From a virus, in IMG/VR virus record IMGVR_UViG_3300030105_003769, positions 1-42,804 of that record: a DNA stretch of 42,804 nt; one strand, written 5' to 3'. Below, in pieces: positions 7,896 to 14,119 of this stretch. The stretch's first letter is position 1; every line of letters begins with the position of its first letter. Made by a program: the position numbers and the translations under genes. Below the pieces are notes generated by a model. The model was not told the origin of the DNA. It ran no database searches and worked only from the letters and a program-made list of their open reading frames with translations.

Positions 7896-8347
7896 TGAAT
7901 TGGCAGGGAAAAAAAAGGAAGAGGAAACCAATGAGGCGTTTTGTGTATCTCATGGAAAGAAACCCCACATTATTAAAATGGATTTTAGGCCACTTTGCGA
8001 AGGTGAGAGAGATTAAAATTGGAGTTGCAAAGGATTCGAGTGAAAGGGAAAAACAAGTTGATAGAGGTATTAAGGGGAAGGTTGTATTACTCAATGAGTT
8101 CAAAGTAAATGCAGCTACAACAGTAGAAAAAGGGTTACATATTATTTTCAAAGATGAGAGTTGGAAACCACCAACAATAAAGAAAGGGAGTGGAGAAACT
8201 GAATTTTTTAAGCTCTCGAATTATCAAATAGGAAAAGCCAGGCGAAAATTAAGGAATACAGAGGGAGATGATAATGGAGATAGTTTTGTATTGGTCTTGA
8301 TGTTAGGAATTTTTTTAATTATTTTATTTCATGTAAAAAATCAATAG
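7895..8347 (+). CDS. Hypothetical protein with a basic N-terminus and a C-terminal hydrophobic helix
   Basis: 150-aa ORF with stop-start overlap at both neighbours. Its C-terminus ...KNQ* is encoded by the ATCAATAG motif. Confidence 0.55.
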   Translation: MNWQGKKRKRKPMRRFVYLMERNPTLLKWILGHFAKVREIKIGVAKDSSEREKQVDRGIKGKVVLLNEFKVNAATTVEKGLHIIFKDESWKPPTIKKGSGETEFFKLSNYQIGKARRKLRNTEGDDNGDSFVLVLMLGIFLIILFHVKNQ

Positions 8348-9360
8348 TGGAAATCATAAAAGAAAACAAAGTTTATAATATGGATTGGGTAGAAGGGGCA
8401 AATCTCCTGCCAGCGAAGTCGGTTAATTTAATCATTGCAGATCCTCCATATTTTGAAGTAAAAGGAGAATTTGATTTTATTTGGAAATCGTTCGAGGATT
8501 ATTTAGTTGATGTGGGAAAATGGGCAAAGGCTTGTAAAAGAATTTTGGCGGATAATGGGACTTTATTGTATTACGGTCACGCCAAAAAAATTGCTTATAC
8601 TCAAATCATTTTTGATAAATATTTTAATTTAATCAATAGTTTAGTTTGGGATAAAGGGGATTTTATGAATTTAAATAAAAGTGACGGATTAAGAAGTTTT
8701 GCACCTTGCACGGAAAGAGTTTTAATGTATGGGAGCAAGTCAATGGATTTGACAGGATTACAAACTATTGAAAAAGAATATATAGCACCTCGTAACCCAT
8801 TTGCAAAAGAATTAAAAAAAGCAAGATTAAAAAAAGGAGTAAGTATAAATGATGTGGCTGAATATGGTAAATTTTATGGGAATGTAAATCACGGAGGATC
8901 TGTAACTAATTGGGAACGTGGATATAATACTCCAAACATTAAGCAATGGAAAATATTATGTAATAACCTCCCAATAAAAAGAAAAGAATACGAAGATTTA
9001 AGAAAAGAATACGAAGATTTAAGAAAAGAATACGAAGATTTAAGAAGACCATTTAACAACTCATTTGAACTGCAAGAGGTTTTAAAGTTTAGCAATGAAG
9101 CAGTAAGAGTTGGAAGTAAATATAAACACGACACAGTAAAACCAGAAACGTTAACCCGTGCCTTAATTTTAACCTGTTCACGAAAAGGTGATTTAGTTTT
9201 AGTCCCATTTGCTGGAAGTGGTACAGAATGCGCAATGGCAGCAAAAGAAGAAAGGAAATTTATTGGTTTTGATATTAATAAAAAATATGTAGACATGAGC
9301 AATAAAAGATGTGAACAATATTTAAAATATAAACAATTAAATATTTTTAAAAATCAATAG
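8347..9360 (+). CDS. DNA methyltransferase, N6-adenine/N4-cytosine family (N6_N4_Mtase, beta class)
   Basis: Catalytic motif IV is IIADPPYF near the N-terminus and the AdoMet motif I is VLVPFAGSGTE near the C-terminus. The start is GTG at 8347, or possibly a later Met. Confidence 0.85.
   Translation: MEIIKENKVYNMDWVEGANLLPAKSVNLIIADPPYFEVKGEFDFIWKSFEDYLVDVGKWAKACKRILADNGTLLYYGHAKKIAYTQIIFDKYFNLINSLVWDKGDFMNLNKSDGLRSFAPCTERVLMYGSKSMDLTGLQTIEKEYIAPRNPFAKELKKARLKKGVSINDVAEYGKFYGNVNHGGSVTNWERGYNTPNIKQWKILCNNLPIKRKEYEDLRKEYEDLRKEYEDLRRPFNNSFELQEVLKFSNEAVRVGSKYKHDTVKPETLTRALILTCSRKGDLVLVPFAGSGTECAMAAKEERKFIGFDINKKYVDMSNKRCEQYLKYKQLNIFKNQ
8983..9045 (+). repeat. Perfect 3 x 21-bp tandem repeat (AAAGAATACGAAGATTTAAGA) encoding (KEYEDLR)3
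   Basis: I counted the units at 8983-9003, 9004-9024 and 9025-9045. The repeat is in frame inside the methyltransferase, between motifs IV and I. Confidence 0.95.
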
Positions 9361-9364
9361 TAAA

Positions 9365-10105
9365 ATGGAAAACATAAACGAACAATTAAGGCAAAGAGTA
9401 AAAATTTTAATTGGTATAGATCCAAGTTTTATCAAAATGGGAGTTTGTATTTATAACCCAAAAATAAAAGACGCAAACAAAGCAATGGTAATGAAGAGAG
9501 GGGATTTTATGGGGATGGTAAAATGGATCAATCAAACAGTAAAGGAAATGGGATATACAATGAGTGAAGTTGTGGCAGTTGTTGAAAACCCAAACCTCGA
9601 CTCAACAGTTTTTGGAATGTTCCCAATTCTGAAAAAGGCAGTTAGTGAGTTTATGAAAACAGGAGGAAAAAATTGGGGAGGCTTACAAGCTACATTTGGG
9701 ATGATGATGAAAAGAGGACAAGATGTGGGGAAAAGCAAAGCAAGTGGCCAATTAATTATCAAAATGTTGAGAGATAAGGGAGTACCAGTTGTTGAGATTG
9801 CACCAAGTTCAAGGAACAAAGCATATCAAAAAAAGGGAGGGAAAACAGTTAGAGAGAATAATATAAAAACTCTAATCATGCCAACCAAAACAACTCAATC
9901 GCAATTTGAAGATTTGACAGGGTACAAAGGCACTAGCAATGAAGATTCAAGAGATGCTGCAACGATGGTCTTTGGGAGGAGTGTTTTGTGGGCTGTTAAT
10001 AGTTTCATATTCGAGGAGGAAAAAAACAAAAATAAACCTCCCTCATATCCTTCCTCAAAAAATGGAAATGAATTTTTAGTAAACAGAGAAACAAAAATAT
10101 TTTAA
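9365..10105 (+). CDS. RuvC-like (RNase H fold) Holliday-junction resolvase candidate
   Basis: ILIGIDPSFIKMGVCIY supplies a first beta strand with a catalytic Asp, VVAVVENP a Glu, and NEDSRDAATMVFG a C-terminal Asp like the RuvC D.ADA motif. Confidence 0.45.
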   Translation: MENINEQLRQRVKILIGIDPSFIKMGVCIYNPKIKDANKAMVMKRGDFMGMVKWINQTVKEMGYTMSEVVAVVENPNLDSTVFGMFPILKKAVSEFMKTGGKNWGGLQATFGMMMKRGQDVGKSKASGQLIIKMLRDKGVPVVEIAPSSRNKAYQKKGGKTVRENNIKTLIMPTKTTQSQFEDLTGYKGTSNEDSRDAATMVFGRSVLWAVNSFIFEEEKNKNKPPSYPSSKNGNEFLVNRETKIF

Positions 10106-10132
10106 TTATTAACCTTTTAAAAAAAAATAAAG

Positions 10133-10399
10133 ATGAAAAGCGAAGTTAAAAACATTGAATTAGTTACTGAGTTTCCTTGCTTAATGGAATACAGAATGCA
10201 AGGTGAAGTACTGGTTGGTATTTACATAGTTAATGAATACCCATTAAATGAAGTAACAAGAGATAAATATTCAGTTTGTATGATTTCTTCAAAACGTGAA
10301 GATGTTTCAAGTGTAGGTGAGACATTTTTTAAGCAAGATTTAGACCCCAAAGAATGGTTTCCCCTTCCACCAGGTACTCAAGTAACATTAGTAAATTAA
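10133..10399 (+). CDS. Hypothetical protein
   Basis: 88-aa ORF. Its leader ATTATTAACCTTTTAAAAAAAAA is shared with the next gene. Confidence 0.5.
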   Translation: MKSEVKNIELVTEFPCLMEYRMQGEVLVGIYIVNEYPLNEVTRDKYSVCMISSKREDVSSVGETFFKQDLDPKEWFPLPPGTQVTLVN

Positions 10400-10434
10400 A
10401 AAACACATTATTAACCTTTTAAAAAAAAACAAAA

Positions 10435-11208
10435 ATGAGTTTAAGAAATGCAGTACAAGTAATTTTTGATATTGAAACAGTAAGGGGGAAAAACTTTATT
10501 GGTAATGAACAAAGTGGAGTTCCAATGAAAACTATTGAAGATTGTGAGGATGCGTTTGAAAAAGCGTGGTTTAAGCATGGAGAAAGAAAATACAAGGATA
10601 TGAATGTTGAGGATTCTTTTGAAAAGGGGGCCGGGTTGGTTCCTGAGTTTGGGATGATTGTTTGTATTGTGGCAATGGATTCAATTAGTAAAATCCCTGT
10701 TAGATTTAAGATGATTATTGAGGATGGGGAACCGGATTTTGATGCAATTGAAAAGGGAATGTTATTGAATTTTTATATGTGGTTAGATGAATTGGAAGAG
10801 GAAAGTAAAAATCCAGTACAGTTAATTGGCCACTATATTAAAAAATTTGATGTTCCTTATGTCAATACTAGGAGTGCAAAACACGGACTAAAAATACATT
10901 CTGCTTTTAAATGCTATGGTATAAAACCCTGGGATTTAATTATGATTGATACAAAAGAGGTTTGGAATGGAGGTATTTTTGGAACATCTCAGGCATCAAG
11001 CCTTGACAATGTTTGCAGGATATTAGGTATTGAATCCCCAAAAAATGGAGGGGAGGATGAATTGGATGGATCAATGGTTGGAGAGGAATTTTGGAACGGA
11101 AAAGGGAAAATGAGTGAAAGGGTAAAAAGGATTTGTGATTATTGTGAAAGGGATGTAATTGCAAACGCCAAAGTTTTGAATAAAATGTTTTCTCTAAATA
11201 TGATTTGA
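10435..11208 (+). CDS. DnaQ/PolB-exo-like 3'-5' exonuclease (DNA_pol_B_exo2 type)
   Basis: VIFDIET is Exo I, IGHYIKKFDVPYVNTR is Exo II and YCERDVIAN is Exo III. Confidence 0.7.
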   Translation: MSLRNAVQVIFDIETVRGKNFIGNEQSGVPMKTIEDCEDAFEKAWFKHGERKYKDMNVEDSFEKGAGLVPEFGMIVCIVAMDSISKIPVRFKMIIEDGEPDFDAIEKGMLLNFYMWLDELEEESKNPVQLIGHYIKKFDVPYVNTRSAKHGLKIHSAFKCYGIKPWDLIMIDTKEVWNGGIFGTSQASSLDNVCRILGIESPKNGGEDELDGSMVGEEFWNGKGKMSERVKRICDYCERDVIANAKVLNKMFSLNMI

Positions 11209-11282
11209 TAAATTGTTGTCCGCAGTTGTTTTTTAATACTTACCACATTTGATAATTATTTTAATCTTTTTTATTAAATATG

Positions 11283-11313
11283 TTGATTGGTAAGATAATG
11301 TTTATTATATTTG
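11283..11313 (+). promoter_or_regulatory. Bacteroidota-type promoter for the accessory island
   Basis: TATATTTG (TAnnTTTG) is at 11306-11313, with a TTG at 11283-11285 about 20 nt upstream. Confidence 0.5.
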
Positions 11314-11368
11314 TGTATCGAAAGAAAGTAATTAATCATATTTAGTAAACATTTAAAAAATAACAATT

Positions 11369-11608
11369 ATGAATTTATTAAATAAAGTAAAAATGTGTGA
11401 TTTCTCAGATGATGAGGGATCACACGCTGGGACTCTGCCAGCAACGAAGAAGTATTTCTCGGCTAGACAGCTGGGAGATATGGCAAGGGGAGATGTCTTA
11501 GTGAAAGACGACAGATGTAAGTGTCATCCAAAGGCACCTAATTCGAGGTTTTACTTCATGAGTAAGCTGGAAGATTCTAGAAGGATCACGGCTTGGAATA
11601 CTTACTAA
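11369..11608 (+). CDS. Hypothetical protein in a G+C-rich ORF
   Basis: 79-aa ORF. A hand count of 11401-11580 gives 83/180 G+C, against 11/60 for 11641-11700. Confidence 0.5.
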   Translation: MNLLNKVKMCDFSDDEGSHAGTLPATKKYFSARQLGDMARGDVLVKDDRCKCHPKAPNSRFYFMSKLEDSRRITAWNTY

Positions 11609-11657
11609 TAAAATAAATGCGTAGAAGCCTAATTAATAAAAATTAAAAAAACTCATT

Positions 11658-11921
11658 ATGAAAAAGTTAGTATTAAATAATTTAACAGCAGAAGAAATTG
11701 AAAATGTAATGGTAGGAAACTTTGGAAACGAAGGAGATGTTTTAAGAATATCTAAAGAAGATATTGAAGAGGAAGGGGAATCACTTTCTAGAGTCTATAA
11801 AATCGAAGATTGTTTTGTTATCGTAACGGTCAATTTTGATACATACGAAAGAAGAGTTAATTATGTAATAGAATTAGATGATGCTGAAAAAGTAGCTACT
11901 GATAATTTATTAACTGTTTAA
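11658..11921 (+). CDS. Hypothetical acidic protein
   Basis: 87-aa ORF. Its leader TTAAAAAAACTCATTATG is shared with the gene at 41127. Confidence 0.5.
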   Translation: MKKLVLNNLTAEEIENVMVGNFGNEGDVLRISKEDIEEEGESLSRVYKIEDCFVIVTVNFDTYERRVNYVIELDDAEKVATDNLLTV

Positions 11922-12172
11922 TGAAGGTATCAGATATATTAAACAAGCTAATCGAAGAGAGTGACTTTGAAGGAACAAAGTCACTCTCTGAATACACGGG
12001 AGTAAATAAAGGATTTATTGACCGAGCTAGAACTGGAAAAAATACTTTAGAGAAATTGGATATTGTTTTTGAAGCACTAACTAAAGATTTAACTGCCGAG
12101 GATTTTATGTTGGTTCGGCAATTAATTAGGAATATTCGTTTGAGAGAAATTGAACGAGAGCAGATTCTTTAG
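11921..12172 (+). CDS. Small HTH (XRE-like) DNA-binding protein candidate
   Basis: SLSEYTGVNKGFIDRARTGKN resembles an XRE helix-turn-helix. Its start is coupled to the stop of the previous gene. Confidence 0.4.
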   Translation: MKVSDILNKLIEESDFEGTKSLSEYTGVNKGFIDRARTGKNTLEKLDIVFEALTKDLTAEDFMLVRQLIRNIRLREIEREQIL

Positions 12173-12184
12173 AGTTTCTTTTGG

Positions 12185-12270
12185 AATTGCACACAATGGA
12201 ATCGTATCGACGACGTGCGACCGTCTAGGTCGAATGTCCGGCGATACATTGTTGGGCGCAGTATTTTTTA
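12185..12270 (+). ncRNA. GC-rich structured element A (complex hairpin plus U-tract; cis-regulatory RNA or elaborate terminator)
   Basis: The outer stem is ACAAT (12193-12197) with ATTGT (12248-12252). The inner stem is GTATCG (12204-12209) with CGATAC (12242-12247). The apical stem is CGACC/GGTCG with loop GTCTA, and a T-run lies at 12264-12269. G+C is 34/60 in 12201-12260. Confidence 0.45.
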
Positions 12271-12295
12271 ATAACTTTTTAAATATAAAATTATA

Positions 12296-12559
12296 ATGAA
12301 CGTAGATTTTTCTTTTAAATCTTCTTTAGGTAAAATACTAAAATCACCTCATTTGGTATTCCATTTTTCTCTTGATGTGATATATTTTTTCCCGCAAAAA
12401 GAAGTTAATTGGAGTCATGGGAAAGATGGAAACACTTTTGTTTCTTTTAAACGGAGTACTCGATGGCTTTGGTTTTGTTTTAGGATAATAAAAATTCACG
12501 TAAGGAAGCAGTCTGGTCTTTTGAAGTTTGATGAATCAGAAGCTAGGAAACTTATTTGA
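12296..12559 (+). CDS. Doubtful ORF between elements A and B (may be non-coding)
   Basis: The 87-aa ORF has a T-rich sense strand, atypical for this genome's purine-rich genes. I found no convincing ORF on the minus strand either. Confidence 0.3.
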   Translation: MNVDFSFKSSLGKILKSPHLVFHFSLDVIYFFPQKEVNWSHGKDGNTFVSFKRSTRWLWFCFRIIKIHVRKQSGLLKFDESEARKLI

Positions 12560-12590
12560 GAAATTAAATTCTCGTTTAGCGTCTTCTCTT

Positions 12591-12677
12591 AATTGCGGAC
12601 AATGAATAAGTATCGCCGCCGTGCTGGCCGTTTAGGCCGCATGGACGGAGATACATTGTTGGATGACGTTTTTTTTA
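12591..12677 (+). ncRNA. GC-rich structured element B (paralogue of A)
   Basis: It has the same architecture as A. The outer stem is ACAAT (12599-12603) with ATTGT (12655-12659). The inner stem is GTATC (12610-12614) with GATAC (12650-12654). The apical stem is GGCC/GGCC with loop GTTTA, and T8 lies at 12669-12676. Confidence 0.45.
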
Positions 12678-12700
12678 ACATTTAAAATATATTTTTAATT

Positions 12701-12904
12701 ATGGAATTACCAAACGCAGAAAAATATTTAATCTTAATGATGGGAATGTGTTTTTTAGCTAATGTACTTTTTTTTGCATCATTATTGGATTTAACTTTTG
12801 TAGGGGATTTGATTTGGGGAAGCGGTGCAATGTGCTCTTTGTTTGCTATTGTTTTTTTAGTCCTCTTTATTAGGGAAAATAAAACATTTTCCAAAAAGGT
12901 TTAA
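12701..12904 (+). CDS. Small two-helix membrane protein (67 aa)
   Basis: It has an ATG with an A/T-rich leader and two hydrophobic segments. It is bracketed by the 12-bp inverted repeat 12656-12667 / 12920-12931. Confidence 0.45.
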   Translation: MELPNAEKYLILMMGMCFLANVLFFASLLDLTFVGDLIWGSGAMCSLFAIVFLVLFIRENKTFSKKV

Positions 12905-13014
12905 TTTATTTTTCTAAATGTCATCCAACAAGGTTATAACCGCAACTCTTAATTGAAAAACTCAATCATAGCAAAGGTTATAACAATGTTTTCCCACCTA
13001 TAAAAAAAAGTAAT

Positions 13015-13137
13015 ATGATTACCAAATTAAAATTTTTCAAGGGATTAACAATTGGAGTTTTTATTTGTATTTTTATTTGGGTTAGTTTGTATCTGATTTG
13101 GGAAGTATTATATAAATATTATTTATTTCTATTTTAA
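13015..13137 (+). CDS. 40-aa single-pass hydrophobic peptide (MITKLKFFKGLTIGVFICIFIWVSLYLIWEVLYKYYLFLF)
   Basis: Read by hand; it is below the track cutoff. Confidence 0.35.
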   Translation: MITKLKFFKGLTIGVFICIFIWVSLYLIWEVLYKYYLFLF

Positions 13138-13261
13138 AAAATAGGTGTGCAACCGGCCTCAAGCGGTGCAATAAAAACAGCCGTTTTTTAAATTATTTTT
13201 TTTTTAAAATCACCGTGGTTTGGTTGTTTTCCACATTTTTTAAACCAATAAAATTAAAATC

Positions 13262-13432
13262 ATGGAAAAAGATTTGACAAAAGATTTAACAAAAGAAGAA
13301 AACAAAGAGTTTGGGGAACGTTTAAATAAAAAAATTGAACAATTAAAGGAAGATGTAACTCCTGATAAAGAAAAAGATTTCAAATGGAATATAACAAGTG
13401 AAACAGGATTAAATAAAATGAAAAAAGAATAA
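13262..13432 (+). CDS. 56-aa charged protein (MEKDLTKDLTKEENKEF...)
   Basis: Read by hand. Its stop lies 2 nt before the next ATG. Confidence 0.45.
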   Translation: MEKDLTKDLTKEENKEFGERLNKKIEQLKEDVTPDKEKDFKWNITSETGLNKMKKE

Positions 13433-13434
13433 TT

Positions 13435-13821
13435 ATGCCAAAGAAAAATAAAACTACATACGGTTTAAGTGATGGGTCAAGGATGACAGGAGATGAGATT
13501 GATAGAAAAGTGGTAAAAGCAAAGGAAAAGTATTTAGAGGATTTTGTTGATTTACATGGTTACATATTTTGCGAAAGGTCAAAAAGATCAGATAAGCCAG
13601 TTGATAGATCTCATATTATATCCGTTCGTATTTGCAAACAAACGGGAAGATCTGAGTTATCATTTAGTAAATGGAATTTAGAATTTTTAACCAGGGAAGA
13701 ACATTTGAAACTCGAAAATTGGGCAAATAAAACAAGGGAGCTTTGGTTTGAAATGAGGAAAGAGGGAATGAGTTTTGAACAGTTTGAAGATTGGAATAAA
13801 ATTGATTTAGGGGGAGTTTAA
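13435..13821 (+). CDS. HNH-like endonuclease candidate (packaging-associated position)
   Basis: FCERS...VDRSHIISV...WNLEFLTREEHLKLE follows the ordered C...D..HI...N....H pattern of the beta-beta-alpha-Me fold. It lies upstream of the terminase genes. Confidence 0.45.
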   Translation: MPKKNKTTYGLSDGSRMTGDEIDRKVVKAKEKYLEDFVDLHGYIFCERSKRSDKPVDRSHIISVRICKQTGRSELSFSKWNLEFLTREEHLKLENWANKTRELWFEMRKEGMSFEQFEDWNKIDLGGV

Positions 13822-13886
13822 ATAACTCAAAAAACGGAACATTTGCCATATGTGTAAATGTTCCGTAAATTGCGGAAAATATAAAT

Positions 13887-14096
13887 ATGAACGTATCAAA
13901 AAACTTTAAAACGATTGGGGAAGCAATGCCAAATTTAAGCAGGAGAGGGTGTTGGATGACTTGTTTTGGTTGTGATAAGCAATGGGATAGAATTGATACA
14001 AAATATGTTCATATGCTCTCAGTAGTCTTAAATGGAAGAATGGATAGTAGATTTATATGTGATTCTTGTTTAAAGAAAACAGAAAAAGAAGATTAA
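13887..14096 (+). CDS. Small zinc-ribbon-like protein
   Basis: CWMTCFGC ... CDSC provides four or more Cys in a CxxC arrangement. Confidence 0.45.
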   Translation: MNVSKNFKTIGEAMPNLSRRGCWMTCFGCDKQWDRIDTKYVHMLSVVLNGRMDSRFICDSCLKKTEKED

Positions 14097-14119
14097 TAAT
14101 GTTTTTAAAAATTTCAAAT

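Noticed and set aside
8983-9045. Possible CRISPR-like or minisatellite array
   Set aside because: The units are contiguous 21-mers with no spacers, lie in frame within a methyltransferase gene, and number only three copies.
12221-12240. tRNA-like T-loop resemblance (GGTCGAATG) in element A
   Set aside because: No acceptor, D or anticodon arms can be drawn. Element B lacks the resemblance. I could find no cloverleaf anywhere in the window.
12682-12894. Minus-strand 70-aa Lys-rich ORF antisense to the small membrane ORF, which might suggest an invertible two-faced cassette
   Set aside because: It has no in-frame ATG, only a TTG at the ORF boundary. It is the expected mirror of a Phe/Leu-rich (T-rich) gene. 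No invertase is encoded. Only the inverted-repeat observation is kept, as a finding.
12185-12931. Integron attC-like reading of elements A and B (3' ends GTTGGGC and GTTGGAT fit the core site GTTRRRY, and ATCCAAC at 12924-12930 fits the inverse core RYYYAAC)
   Set aside because: The core consensus carries very little information. The 5' halves of A and B lack the RYYYAAC partner. No GTTRRRY closes a site after 12930. No IntI-type integrase is present.
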